A DNA stretch of 41,127 nucleotides from Candidatus Treponema excrementipullorum. GTDB taxonomy: Bacteria; Spirochaetota; Spirochaetia; Treponematales; Treponemataceae. A program made the position numbers and the translations under genes. The stretch covers positions 1 through 41,127 of the forward strand of contig JAHLFV010000243.1 in NCBI GenBank assembly GCA_018883625.1, written 5' to 3'. How positions within the stretch are numbered: the first letter of the stretch is position 1; every line of letters starts with the position of its first letter. Shown piece after piece: positions 29,778 through 39,991 of this stretch. The notes beneath the pieces were generated by a model. The model was not told where the DNA came from. It was given only the letters and a program-made list of their open reading frames with translations, and made no database searches.

Positions 29778-30649
29778 TATTTTTTGCCCTCCTTTGCAAT
29801 TCGTAGGTTTGCGTCTTTCTTATTAGAAAGAAGCATCCACAAAACGCCCAACATACTCAGAACTGTTATTACAAGAGAAAAAGCCGCTGCTAAGGGCCAG
29901 TTTCTTGTTTTGTTAATTTGGTCTACGATAATGTTTCCTATCATATAGGAGTCTTTCCCTCCCACCAACAGAGGAACAGTATAGGCTCCGAAAATAGGAA
30001 TAAAGGTAAATATAATGGCGGTGATGATACCTGTTTTAATACTGGGTAACAAAACCTTAAACATGGACTCTGTTTTTGTAGCTCCCAAATCTCTTGCTGC
30101 CTCCAAAAGGGAAAAATCAAATCGGTCTATAGAGGTAAAAATCGGCAATATCGCATAGGGAAGATACATATACACGGAAACTAGAACCACCGCCCCTTGG
30201 TTGTAAAGTAGCGTTGTTGTTTCCTTCAGTATGCCCCATTGACGTAACAGGGAGCTGAGTACGCCGTCGCTACTTAGAATAGACATCCATGCAAAAATTC
30301 TTATAAGCGAATTTGTCCAAAAGGGAATCATTATAAGAATAAGAATTAAAGTTTGTTTACTGCTTCGGGCTACTGCGTAGCCGCAAGGTAAAGCCAACAG
30401 AATCGTAATCAGAGTTGATATCAAAGACAGCTTTATAGTACGGAAAAGAACGATGGCATAATTGGGATTAAACATCTGCCGATATGCTTCCAAGGAAAAC
30501 TGCCAGTCAACGCCACCGTAGAGAGCTTTTTTCAAAAAGCTATACACCAAAATAATCAACAGAGGAACAACAAAGAAAACTGTAAACCAAAGTCCCATAG
30601 GCCATGCATAGACCGGGCCGGGATTTTTCTTTAATTTGTTTTGTTTCAT
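29777..30649 (-). CDS. potB: Spermidine/putrescine ABC transporter permease
   Basis: IPFWTNSLIRIFAW, YLPYAILPI, LLEAARDLGA, RNWPLAAA. Confidence 0.93.
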   Translation of the reverse strand: MKQNKLKKNPGPVYAWPMGLWFTVFFVVPLLIILVYSFLKKALYGGVDWQFSLEAYRQMFNPNYAIVLFRTIKLSLISTLITILLALPCGYAVARSSKQTLILILIMIPFWTNSLIRIFAWMSILSSDGVLSSLLRQWGILKETTTLLYNQGAVVLVSVYMYLPYAILPIFTSIDRFDFSLLEAARDLGATKTESMFKVLLPSIKTGIITAIIFTFIPIFGAYTVPLLVGGKDSYMIGNIIVDQINKTRNWPLAAAFSLVITVLSMLGVLWMLLSNKKDANLRIAKEGKK

Positions 30650-31818
30650 GCTTCGATATCCTCTACAATGTAGCCGTCATTGGCACTCCAAGAAACAAAA
30701 ACTCTGTCTTTCCATTGGATTTCAGGTCCGTCATCCAAGTATGTGCTGTGTTGTTTGTATACCTTTACCAAAGTACCGTTGTCTAAGCGGACGTAAAACT
30801 TTGACTGAAAACCGGAATAAATCGGTTCTTCTACAATTCCCGTGAAAATATTGATATCCTGTCTATTTGTTACCGGTGGCTCTAAAGTAATACGGATTTT
30901 CTCCGGTCTTACTGTGTAACAGATTTTTTGTCCTGGTTTTGTAATTTCAAAATCCGTTACTTTAACTAAATCTTCCGTACCCGGTTCTGCATTATATCTG
31001 TTGTTGAGCAAAGGCGTTTCCAGTGTAACCATGTACTCTTGGGGTTTTCCCTCTTCCTGTGCCATGGGAGAACATTCCGTTACTTTTGACGGAAAAATAT
31101 TTGTTTCGCCGATAAACTGAGCCACAAATTCCGTGGTAGGGCTCTCATATATTTCAAAAGGGCTACCTACCTGCAATACTTTTCCTTGATTCATAACAGC
31201 GATTCTGTCGGAAACAGAAAGGGCTTCCGATTGGTCGTGGGTAACATAAATAAACGTAATACCGATTTTATCATGCAAGGCGTCCAAGTCTACCAAGAGA
31301 TTGGAGCGTAACTTTGCATCTAAAGCAGAAAGAGGTTCATCTAACAGTAATACGCTGGGTTCATTGATAAGGGCTCGGGCAATGGCGACACGCTGTCGTT
31401 GTCCACCGGAAAGTTGGTTGGGTTTCTTAAAAATATGAGCATCCAACTGCACAAGGTGAATGTACTCACGGACTTTATCATCTATGAAGGTTTTATCCTT
31501 TTTTTGTAATTTCAGGGGAAAGGCTATGTTGTCGTAAACCGACAAATGAGGAAACAATGCATAGTTTTGAAAAACGGTATTGGATTCCCGCTTGTTTGGC
31601 GGTAACGGTACTACATTTTTGTCGTCAAACAGAACAGCCCCTTGGTCCGGAAATTCAAAGCCTGCAATAATCCTTAAAAGGGTTGTTTTGCCGCAACCTG
31701 AAGGCCCCAAAAGAGAAAAAAATTCCCCCTTATGTATTGTAAAGTTTACATCGCTTAAAGCATGGAAACTGCCAAAATGTTTTTCAACATGATCAATAGT
31801 AACAGAGGACCCTTTCAC
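30646..31818 (-). CDS. potA: Spermidine/putrescine ABC transporter ATP-binding protein
   Basis: [46 protein letters not shown]; C-terminal TOBE-like region; GTG start with AAGGAG. Confidence 0.95.
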   Translation of the reverse strand: MKGSSVTIDHVEKHFGSFHALSDVNFTIHKGEFFSLLGPSGCGKTTLLRIIAGFEFPDQGAVLFDDKNVVPLPPNKRESNTVFQNYALFPHLSVYDNIAFPLKLQKKDKTFIDDKVREYIHLVQLDAHIFKKPNQLSGGQRQRVAIARALINEPSVLLLDEPLSALDAKLRSNLLVDLDALHDKIGITFIYVTHDQSEALSVSDRIAVMNQGKVLQVGSPFEIYESPTTEFVAQFIGETNIFPSKVTECSPMAQEEGKPQEYMVTLETPLLNNRYNAEPGTEDLVKVTDFEITKPGQKICYTVRPEKIRITLEPPVTNRQDINIFTGIVEEPIYSGFQSKFYVRLDNGTLVKVYKQHSTYLDDGPEIQWKDRVFVSWSANDGYIVEDIEA

Positions 31819-31854
31819 TCTTTTGTCTCCTTGGTAACAGGTCTATGTTCTTTG

Positions 31855-31883
31855 AGAATGGTGAAAATAGATGTAATTGTCAA
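31855..31883 (-). promoter_or_regulatory. Candidate promoter for potABCD
   Basis: TTGACA-17bp-CATTCT. Confidence 0.5.
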
Positions 31884-31914
31884 TACTTTTGAGACATTTT
31901 GATATTGTATTTAC

Positions 31915-31949
31915 AAAAAAAGAGCTATCCCTTGGGAGATAGCCCTTTT
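31915..31949 (-). terminator. Intrinsic terminator after the MCP gene
   Basis: Minus strand AAAAGGGCTATCTCC-CAA-GGGATAGCTC followed by T7. Confidence 0.75.
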
Positions 31950-31997
31950 ATAAAATGCTGTAGGGTATACGATCAGGAAATCTCTTCCCAATCACTT

Positions 31998-34133
31998 TCA
32001 GCTATAGGGGGAGGGGGGGGGGGTAGTAATCTCTTCTTCATCTTGCTTAATCTTAAACCGATTCAACATACTTTCCAGAACTTCGATATTGTCCCTTGTT
32101 TTTAATGCCATATGGGTTATATTTTGTGTACTTACATTGATTTCGGTAATGGCACTTTGTATTTCTGAAACAGAGGTGGTAATTCCCAAAGAAGCTTCTG
32201 TAACCTCTTGTGTTGATTTCTGTACCAAGGAAACATTTTTTGAAACTTCTTTTGACGAACTTTCTATCTGCAATGTTGTTTGGGCTATGTTTTGGATATT
32301 GTCGATAACTTGTTTTGAAGATTTTTTCTGTTCTCCTGTAATCTTATCGATTTTATCCACAAAGGATGTTGTTGTGGAAACTCTGTTAGATATTTCAGAA
32401 AATTCATGAACAGAAATTTCAGATGTGTTAACAACATCTGAAATTATAGATGAGATATTTGACAACTCATTTTTTATAGCTTTTGATTGTTTTGCAGAAT
32501 TTTCTGCCAATTTTCTGATTTCATCGGCAACAACAGAAAAACCTTTTCCTGCTTCTCCCGCATGGGCTGCTTCGATGGCGGCGTTCATAGCCAAAAGGTT
32601 TGTTTGTGAAGCTATTTGGGAAATAACACTGTTAGCTTCAGCCAAATGCTGTGACTGTTCCGCCATTTCCATGATTTGTTTTGCAACCTGATCTTGTCTT
32701 TCTTTTCCTGATGCAGTAATTTGAGCAAGCAGTCTAAACTCGTGAACCATTGATTCTACTGTTTGATGAACTACGTCTATAGTACTGAGAACATATTCTA
32801 TGGAACCGGATGACTCTATAATACTTTGAGTTTGCTCCTCTATCATCTGGTTCAGGTTCTGGAAATGAATCAAGCCTTCATTCATGGTGTGTTGAACCTT
32901 ATCCAAAGTTGTATTTTGTACAAGAACCTGATGATGTATTCCGTTTATACTTGCAAGGATTTGTTCTTCGGCGGAAGCTGTTTCCTCTGAGTTGGTAGCC
33001 ATAGTTTCTCCAACATTTTGCAATGCCAAAGAGACTGTTTTTACCTGGCGCATATTCCGTTGTGATGTTTCAATAAATTGATTGACGGAAGAGATCATGG
33101 AAGCTATCTCATCTTTTTTTTGCCTTTCTGGGATTCTGTATGTTAAATCTGCTACCTGATCAGTACCGTTCAGCATTTCAAAAGCTGCATTAGTTTGTTT
33201 AATTGGGATTATCATCAATCTTTTTGCAAAACTTGTACAGAGAATTGTTACGATATTAAATATAATCAAAATTGCCGGTAACATATAACTGAAAATTTGG
33301 GCATTGATATGATTTATTGTACTAACCGGTTGCAGTACTGCTAGCACCACCGTATATCCAGGTACACCCATCTCTATAGGTGTGTACACCGTGATTTGTC
33401 GTGTTCCGTCTTGTATAAGAACTTCTGTATGTACTTGTTTTTTTTCATAAACAGCCTTAATAACCTTGGGATTATTAAGGGTACTTCCTATTCTGTAAGC
33501 TCCGTTTTTGTCCTGTAATGTAGTACCAATACGTATATCGTTGACAAATAAACTTATGTCACAGCGCATCAGGGCAGAGTATTGTTCCAAAAACTGAGGA
33601 GTGGAAATATCCTTTTCCACGGCAATAGTTCCTACGACATTATTTCCGTTAAGGATTGCTATAGAACCTACCAGGTGAATACTGTCTTCGGAGGGTACCG
33701 GCTTAACCTGTGGTTCTTTTGTATCAACATTTAGTACCATACTTTGGGTAACTGTATCTGCAAAATGATATGTCCCTTGTTTATAAACGAGACCACCGAG
33801 AGGAGAAAAAATCGCTGCACTGTCGAATTGCAAATCGGTACATATCTCCTCTAACCACTCAGGAGCACTGCCGTCGTTCTGAACAGAAGATAATCGATCT
33901 CCCATACTCTGAATAAAAATAAGGGTATCGCCGGTTTCTTCAATTTGCTTGTTTAAAATGGATGTCAGAAGTTGTGAATTATTAGACAGAGTTTCCTTTT
34001 CTATCTCCATTAAAACATATTTAGGCCACCACCAGAGACTGAGTGTCAAAAATACAGCTCCGGTAAAAGAGACCAGCGCTATTCTTTTAATGAGTCTTAT
34101 ATAAAGATATTTTCGTTTATTTTTCTGTTCCAT
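31998..34133 (-). CDS. Methyl-accepting chemotaxis protein with Cache-type periplasmic sensor
   Basis: Two TM helices flanking a Cache-like domain (RIGTTL...YTPI), HAMP (DLTYRI...DEI), signalling tip [38 protein letters not shown]. Confidence 0.95.
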   Translation of the reverse strand: MEQKNKRKYLYIRLIKRIALVSFTGAVFLTLSLWWWPKYVLMEIEKETLSNNSQLLTSILNKQIEETGDTLIFIQSMGDRLSSVQNDGSAPEWLEEICTDLQFDSAAIFSPLGGLVYKQGTYHFADTVTQSMVLNVDTKEPQVKPVPSEDSIHLVGSIAILNGNNVVGTIAVEKDISTPQFLEQYSALMRCDISLFVNDIRIGTTLQDKNGAYRIGSTLNNPKVIKAVYEKKQVHTEVLIQDGTRQITVYTPIEMGVPGYTVVLAVLQPVSTINHINAQIFSYMLPAILIIFNIVTILCTSFAKRLMIIPIKQTNAAFEMLNGTDQVADLTYRIPERQKKDEIASMISSVNQFIETSQRNMRQVKTVSLALQNVGETMATNSEETASAEEQILASINGIHHQVLVQNTTLDKVQHTMNEGLIHFQNLNQMIEEQTQSIIESSGSIEYVLSTIDVVHQTVESMVHEFRLLAQITASGKERQDQVAKQIMEMAEQSQHLAEANSVISQIASQTNLLAMNAAIEAAHAGEAGKGFSVVADEIRKLAENSAKQSKAIKNELSNISSIISDVVNTSEISVHEFSEISNRVSTTTSFVDKIDKITGEQKKSSKQVIDNIQNIAQTTLQIESSSKEVSKNVSLVQKSTQEVTEASLGITTSVSEIQSAITEINVSTQNITHMALKTRDNIEVLESMLNRFKIKQDEEEITTPPPSPYS
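32007..32023. repeat. G5-A-G11 homopolymer tract (poly-C on the MCP coding strand)
   Basis: GGGGGAGGGGGGGGGGG in an otherwise AT-rich window. Confidence 0.9.
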
Positions 34134-34360
34134 GGGAAAATCCTAAGGTTAGTTTCTTTTAATGATATCATCTAGTATAGTCTTTTTGTAATAAAAGGCA
34201 AGATATTTTTTTAAGATTTTCAATATTTTAGATATTTTATATCGGATAATTTATCTGAAATAGTATTTTAAATAAATCATAATAAATTTACTTGTTCTTT
34301 GAAAAAGACATGTTTACATTTTATTAGGTATTATCAATCAAAAAGTTTTCGGAGGTACTT

Positions 34361-34912
34361 ATGAGCATATTGCATGAGTTTGTTTCTCTTATTGAAGGAG
34401 AATTCGATAACAGTCAGCAAATTGAGGAACTAAAAGCCTTGGGAAGAACAGACTTTCCCTTTGCAGAGCATGTAAATACTGTTTGTAACGAAAAAATTAC
34501 CGATATTCCGCCGGATTTCGGAGGAATTTTTATGGTGGAAGAGAGTTACTATACTTCCAACGGTCGTACTCACAGTTCTCCCCATTTGTTCTGTTTTACT
34601 GAGCATGACGGAGTAGTTACCTTATCATCTTATGATATTCCCGGAAAAACCAAAGATTTTTCTTGGAAGACCATGGAATCCGTCTCTTTTAATGATTTGC
34701 AAAAGTCTCAGAAATTTACCCCTGCAGAATATCGATTACAAGACGGTGTCTGGGAAGGGGGTAGCGTAAGTATGTTTTCTCCTGTTTTAAAATTTTCCCT
34801 CTTTGAACGATTTTCCCCTGAACAACTGGAAGTCAGCGAAAGTATGGAAATGAATGGAAAGAAAACTTTCGGTTTTGACCAACCTATCATATACAAGAGA
34901 AAATCCCGATAA
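34361..34912 (+). CDS. Hypothetical protein resembling the CpcT/CpeT beta-barrel family
   Basis: 183 aa, GGAGG SD; N-terminal IEGEFDNSQQ...FPFAEHV...GIFMVEESYY recalls the T-type bilin lyase pattern GxFxNxxQ...FAHI...ExxY. Confidence 0.6.
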   Translation: MSILHEFVSLIEGEFDNSQQIEELKALGRTDFPFAEHVNTVCNEKITDIPPDFGGIFMVEESYYTSNGRTHSSPHLFCFTEHDGVVTLSSYDIPGKTKDFSWKTMESVSFNDLQKSQKFTPAEYRLQDGVWEGGSVSMFSPVLKFSLFERFSPEQLEVSESMEMNGKKTFGFDQPIIYKRKSR

Positions 34913-34964
34913 AAAACAGTGCTTGGGGATATCGGATAACTATGTCTAGCAGTATGCAGACTGC

Positions 34965-35684
34965 TTACTCATGATTGTCCGGTTCTCCCAAAGGTACCAT
35001 AAGTTCGGAAGCTAGAACCAGCTCCATATCGGGGGTGGCTTGCCTGAGTTTTTCTTTATTGCCATAGCCTCCGGTAACTGCACAGGTTTTTATCCCGGCA
35101 TTTTTCCCTGCCTGAATATCTGTAGCGGAGTCTCCCACCATGAGTACTTCTTCCAGACGGAGGGGAGCTTTGTGGTGTTCTGCCAACTTTTCATTGATGG
35201 TTTTAATGGCTAAAAGAATTCCTTCCGGGTTTGGTTTGACATGAGCCGTTTGTTCCGGACCGATAACGGTAGCAAAAAGGTGGGCAATATTCAGCTTTTT
35301 TACAATAGCATCTGTTACTGCCCAGGGTTTATTGGAAACTATTGCTACAGGAATATTTTTTATGTTAAGTAATTCCAGCAAATTTTCCATTCCGGGATAT
35401 AAAACTGTTTTGGCAACACAGTGACTTTCATAGTATTGCACGTACCATTGGTATATGTCCCGAAAAGTTGCAGATGTTTGTTCGATTTTGTCCGCGGCTT
35501 CAAGAGCTCTTTGCAGTAGTTTAACGGCACCGTCTCCGGTAAAGGATAGAACTGTTGCTACGGGCAGTGTTGTGAACCCGAAATTTTCCAAAGTTTTATT
35601 TACCGCATCGGCAATGTCTACCACTGTATCGGCAATAACGCCGTCAAAATCAAAAATAATTGCCTTGACTGTTTTTAAATTCAT
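34965..35684 (-). CDS. HAD-family hydrolase, phosphoglycolate phosphatase-like
   Basis: FDFDGVIADT, VSNK, KPNPEG, MVGDSATDIQAG, GGYG; ATG 2 nt after the upstream stop, with AAGGAG SD. Confidence 0.9.
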   Translation of the reverse strand: MNLKTVKAIIFDFDGVIADTVVDIADAVNKTLENFGFTTLPVATVLSFTGDGAVKLLQRALEAADKIEQTSATFRDIYQWYVQYYESHCVAKTVLYPGMENLLELLNIKNIPVAIVSNKPWAVTDAIVKKLNIAHLFATVIGPEQTAHVKPNPEGILLAIKTINEKLAEHHKAPLRLEEVLMVGDSATDIQAGKNAGIKTCAVTGGYGNKEKLRQATPDMELVLASELMVPLGEPDNHE

Positions 35685-35686
35685 AA

Positions 35687-38020
35687 CTACTCCTTAAAAA
35701 TTGCCCCTCTCAGTCTACGGACAGAGGTTGCCTGGTTTAAAGAACAGGTAATTCTTTGTTTGTCCGGTTCAGAGAGTAGTACAACAAAAGTATCTCCTTG
35801 ATATTTTTCCATTGCCAGGGGAAGACCAAGAAAAACCTCTTTCCCGTCCCGGGGAGCACTGTATTTTAACTCTAACATGGTTTCTGTTGCAATGGCTGTT
35901 TCTGTTACGTGAACTTTACCTAAAAAATCCATGCCAAAAGCTTCCAAGACTTCCGGTTTTACGGAGTTTGGTTGTAATTGTTTTTCTGTCAGCAGAATTT
36001 TTCTGTGGATTCGAGACAGCAACACCTCTTCCTGTTGTTTAGGTACATGCATGGCGTACAGTTTTTCTTCCATAATATGGAAGAAAATCTTTTGTTCGTC
36101 TGCCGGGGCAGTTGATGGTATAGCTTCGGACAACAAATCTTGTGTCCGTATGCGGGGAATATCGTAAAAACTGCCGGGTGAAAAGGCTTCAGAGGGTCTT
36201 TTTACTGTTCCCGAATTTTCATAGCCGCTTTGTGCAATGATTTCTTCTGCTTGGTTATCATCCTCAAAGTTCATAAGGTAAATAGTGTCTGCCAGTTTTT
36301 TGAAAATATACGGCGATAAAAGAGGATTTTCTTCCATTCTCCTGTTGTTTTTTACATGAAGTACATAGCCTCGATATAAGGTGACGGCACTATAGGTTTG
36401 GAACCAATCTTCAAGGGAAACAAGGAGATTTTGCGGTAGAGGATAAGACAGGTAGGATTCCAACAGAGAAATAAGACTATGGGGTTCCAATCCTGCTTCA
36501 AAAGCCCATATACAGGAGTTTTTTGTGATTTCAAAGGTGCTGGCTGTATCAAACTGTATCGGAGCCATAAAGCGGACTAAAGGCAAAAGCTGTTTTAGTG
36601 TCAATCCCGGTAATATAGTAACTCTAAAAGCCGTATCTAAAGTAATATGTCCTGCCGATTGATGGTGAAAATCACTGAGAGTGAGGGTCGGTGTGTACAA
36701 CAATTCCTGAGTATGGGACAGTCCTTTTGCAGTACCAATGGCACACAAGAGACCTAAATCTATAAGACTTTCCACTAAGGAGATTGCTTGAGCCTCAGAA
36801 GTAATAGATGTTTCTTTCTCTGTTTTGGATGGTTCTGTTTCAGGTGTGTTTTCCCGTTTTTGGGCTTGGTTTATCAATTGGGACAGACGGCTTTGTCTTG
36901 CTGGTGCACCGCCGGGGATTCCGGGTGCTCTTTGCAGAGGTGACCGTGCTGTGGTAGCAAGACCTAGCGTCTCAAAGGCGTCAGAGTTTTTAATTAAAAA
37001 CTCCAGGCGGTAAAAAGCGTCTTCTGTAAGCCCTGATGAGGGACATAGAGATAACAACTGACTTGCCTGAAACGCTCTTTTTTTCAGTTGATTTTTTGTT
37101 TCCCATCCACAGGCTGCTGCTGCCAGATATAGTTGCTGATTTTCTTCTGAAAGTTTTGCAAATTCCATCCACAAATCATAATCCGGAACCAACCCTTTTT
37201 TTGTTGTTTTAAGCAATGAAAGATTTTTGAGGGCTGTCAGCACGTTGTGAAAAAACTTTTCTGCTTTTTCTCTCTCGGAAGTAGATGCTTTTGAGACAGG
37301 GTTTCCTGTTTCGGAATTATTATACGCAGAATCTTCCGTTTTAAGGGGGGCTGAATCAGTTTCTTCCGGTACGGAAAAAAGTTGAAAAAGACCTTGTATA
37401 CTTCGTTTCTTTAAGGAACCGTCCTGGCGGAATATATTGGGATATTGTTGGACAAATGCAAAAATTGTGGCCAAAAACTGAGGGCTTATAGCCGGTAGTG
37501 GGCGGTGGGGCATTACAGTGTTACGTTGAGTCAGTGTACTATCCTGAGGTTGAGGAATAAGAGTACGGAGAGAGAAAAATTGTGTTAAGACTTGTTCCAG
37601 AATGGGATTTATCTTAAATAATACACTGCCGTCATCATGGGTATATCTGAAGATAATAAGTCGTTCTTCCAAATTCATCAACGCTTCGTACAGTTCTGCA
37701 AAGGACAATGTCTTGGCAAAAAAACGGGAAAGTACATTTTGAGAGGGGGCTGTAAGGTAATGAATGGCATTGATAATTTGGATATCCTCAACGGAAAGCA
37801 AGGATACAATTCTCTGTTGAATTTCCGGTTTGTGTAAAAAAGCCCCTAAGTTTTCTATTAAATTCTGTTTGTTATAGGGTGTTTTTATCTCGCCTAAGTA
37901 TATACGCATCAACTCAAAAAAATGATTGTCAGGTAACTTTGTTAAAGCATTACGCCACAACAATACATTTTGAGCATGAGAAGAAAGCATTGTTTTTTTT
38001 TCGTCCCTTGAAGAACTCAT
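35687..38020 (-). CDS. XPB-associated protein with Helicase_C_3 (XPB-NTD/p52 clutch-like) domain and possible C-terminal WYL-like domain
   Basis: Segment GHITLDTAF...FEITKNSCIWAFEAGL...LPQNLLVSLEDW aligns by eye with the XPB N-terminal domain next door; no Walker A/B; C-terminus AIATETMLELKY...PLAME...CSLNQATSV is WYL-like. Confidence 0.75.
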   Translation of the reverse strand: MSSSRDEKKTMLSSHAQNVLLWRNALTKLPDNHFFELMRIYLGEIKTPYNKQNLIENLGAFLHKPEIQQRIVSLLSVEDIQIINAIHYLTAPSQNVLSRFFAKTLSFAELYEALMNLEERLIIFRYTHDDGSVLFKINPILEQVLTQFFSLRTLIPQPQDSTLTQRNTVMPHRPLPAISPQFLATIFAFVQQYPNIFRQDGSLKKRSIQGLFQLFSVPEETDSAPLKTEDSAYNNSETGNPVSKASTSEREKAEKFFHNVLTALKNLSLLKTTKKGLVPDYDLWMEFAKLSEENQQLYLAAAACGWETKNQLKKRAFQASQLLSLCPSSGLTEDAFYRLEFLIKNSDAFETLGLATTARSPLQRAPGIPGGAPARQSRLSQLINQAQKRENTPETEPSKTEKETSITSEAQAISLVESLIDLGLLCAIGTAKGLSHTQELLYTPTLTLSDFHHQSAGHITLDTAFRVTILPGLTLKQLLPLVRFMAPIQFDTASTFEITKNSCIWAFEAGLEPHSLISLLESYLSYPLPQNLLVSLEDWFQTYSAVTLYRGYVLHVKNNRRMEENPLLSPYIFKKLADTIYLMNFEDDNQAEEIIAQSGYENSGTVKRPSEAFSPGSFYDIPRIRTQDLLSEAIPSTAPADEQKIFFHIMEEKLYAMHVPKQQEEVLLSRIHRKILLTEKQLQPNSVKPEVLEAFGMDFLGKVHVTETAIATETMLELKYSAPRDGKEVFLGLPLAMEKYQGDTFVVLLSEPDKQRITCSLNQATSVRRLRGAIFKE

Positions 38021-38059
38021 ATATAATACCCTCTGTTATTTTTCGACAAAAAACTTCTC

Positions 38060-39892
38060 TTAAAATACACTGCAAGGAGGGGGAAGTTCCTGCATAATTT
38101 GTCCTAAGTCCTCCGGTGCGGTGTATCTGATAAGTTTATAAGAGTATCCTTGCTCTGCCAAAAATTTTTGTCTGTTGGCACCAAAATCTTCTTCTGCGGT
38201 GTTTCGGGTGATTAGGGTAAAAAAACGGGCAGTTCTGTCTTTGGGTCTGAGAATCCGTCCCAACCGTTGAGCTTCTTCCTGTCGGCTTCCAAAAGTTCCT
38301 GAAATTTGTATTGCCATGGAAGCGTCCGGCAAGTCGATGGCAAAATTTGCCACTTTTGACACCGCCAAAATAGGGGATTTCCCTTTGCGGAAGTCGTCGT
38401 AGAGCATGTCCCTTTGAGCGGTGGGGGTTGAACCTGTTATGATGGGAACATGCAGCATGTTTGCTACCTCTTTTAATTGATCCAGATACTGTCCGATAAT
38501 CAATATTTTATCTTGAGGAAAAAGGTGAACCAATTCCCGGACAACTTCTGCTTTTAAGGGATTTTCGCTGGCAATTCTGTGTTTTTGTCGGGGAGAAGCC
38601 GTTGCGTATTCCAATTCTTTTTCTGTAGATAAATCCAGTCGGATTTCTATACATTCGGCAGAGGCAATCCACCCGGACTGCTCCAGTTCTTTCCATGGCA
38701 CATCGTAACGCTTGGGACCCACCAAACTGAAAACGTGACCTTGACATCCGTCTTCCCGCACTAAAGTTGCCGTTAATCCTACCCGTCGGATTGCTTGCAG
38801 TTCTGCCACTACCCGGAAAACCGGTGCCGGCAACATGTGTACTTCATCGTAAATAATCAGTCCCCAGGGTCGTTCCCGGAATATTTGAAAGTGAGGATAC
38901 GCCGACTCTTTGTCGGGACGCCAGGTCAACACCTGATAGGTGGCTACTGTTACCGGTTTTATTTGTTTTGATTCTCCTGAGTACTCTGCAATTTGGTCTT
39001 CCGTAAGATATGTTTTATCCAACAATTCCTGTATCCACTGATGTACGGCGGAAATATTGGTGGTTATAATAAGGGTACTGGTTTGGAGTTTTTCCATAAT
39101 GTTCATACCCACTATAGTTTTGCCGGCACCGCAGGGAAGCACAATTGTTCCAAAGCCGGTACCCGGTCCCTTGTCTCCTACCAAAGCTTGAGCAGCTTCT
39201 TCCTGATAGGTTCGTTGTGTAAAGGGGATACCGGATTTTGTAAGAGAACGCAGTTTTATTTCCAAGGGTTCTCCTTCCCGCAAAGGTACTTCGTCCTTAA
39301 CAGGCCAGCCCAGTTGCAACAGGTTTTGCTTTACGGTTCCCCGTAGGGTTAAGGGTAAAAGAAAACAATAGACTGTTTTTTCTTGAATATTTTCTTGGGA
39401 AACAGCAGACGACTTCTGATCAGAGGAACATTTCCTGGAAGAACTATCCTTGAGAGTATCTTCTGTAGGAATATAATGGGTTTCGGTAAGAATCTTTTTT
39501 AGGGACGGCGTTGCCAAAAGTTCCCGGTAAACGTTGACATAAGACGTTATAAGATATAATTGTTCCTGTCCTGCATCATCGGGAGGTGCCGGCACTAAAC
39601 GCAATTTTCCAAAGCGTTGGGCAGTTTCTTTAATCCATACAGTAACAGATTGAGGCACGTCGTAGCGGGCATAGGTTTCCAAAACGGCAATAGCCTGCTC
39701 GGCAGTAAAACCGGCACTGGTTGCATTCCACAGTGAAAGGGGAGTAAGCCGATATGTATGGAGATGTTCCGGTGAACGCTCCAACTCTGCAAAAGGTATG
39801 AGTGCAGCCCGACATTCCGGGGCTTTTGGGGCGTGAACATCCAACAACAAGGTTCTGTCACTTTGTATAATAAGAGGATTATCAATCTGCAT
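38060..39892 (-). CDS. DNA repair helicase XPB (Rad25/ERCC3 family)
   Basis: PLIIQSDRT N-terminal domain, RTYQ, LPCGAGKT, DEVH, GLTATLVREDG (RED motif), SKVANFAIDLPDA, GSRQEEAQRLGRILR. Confidence 0.95.
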   Translation of the reverse strand: MQIDNPLIIQSDRTLLLDVHAPKAPECRAALIPFAELERSPEHLHTYRLTPLSLWNATSAGFTAEQAIAVLETYARYDVPQSVTVWIKETAQRFGKLRLVPAPPDDAGQEQLYLITSYVNVYRELLATPSLKKILTETHYIPTEDTLKDSSSRKCSSDQKSSAVSQENIQEKTVYCFLLPLTLRGTVKQNLLQLGWPVKDEVPLREGEPLEIKLRSLTKSGIPFTQRTYQEEAAQALVGDKGPGTGFGTIVLPCGAGKTIVGMNIMEKLQTSTLIITTNISAVHQWIQELLDKTYLTEDQIAEYSGESKQIKPVTVATYQVLTWRPDKESAYPHFQIFRERPWGLIIYDEVHMLPAPVFRVVAELQAIRRVGLTATLVREDGCQGHVFSLVGPKRYDVPWKELEQSGWIASAECIEIRLDLSTEKELEYATASPRQKHRIASENPLKAEVVRELVHLFPQDKILIIGQYLDQLKEVANMLHVPIITGSTPTAQRDMLYDDFRKGKSPILAVSKVANFAIDLPDASMAIQISGTFGSRQEEAQRLGRILRPKDRTARFFTLITRNTAEEDFGANRQKFLAEQGYSYKLIRYTAPEDLGQIMQELPPPCSVF

Positions 39893-39900
39893 AACAGGAT

Positions 39901-39929
39901 ATTATAACAAAAAAAAGAAAGATTCACAA
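39901..39929 (-). promoter_or_regulatory. Promoter, probably leaderless, for the XPB operon
   Basis: TTGTGA-17bp-(TGt)TATAAT, then 8 nt, then ATG; no SD. Confidence 0.65.
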
Positions 39930-39937
39930 TGAATATT

Positions 39938-39970
39938 TCCCTTAGGGTTTTCAGTCATTACCCTTAGGGA
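39938..39970. repeat. Two CCCTTAGGG quasi-palindromes 22 bp apart
   Basis: CCCTTAGGG at 39939-39947 and 39961-39969; together they also form an 11-bp inverted repeat with one mismatch. Confidence 0.7.
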
Positions 39971-39991
39971 TACATACTGTTTGTATGATTT

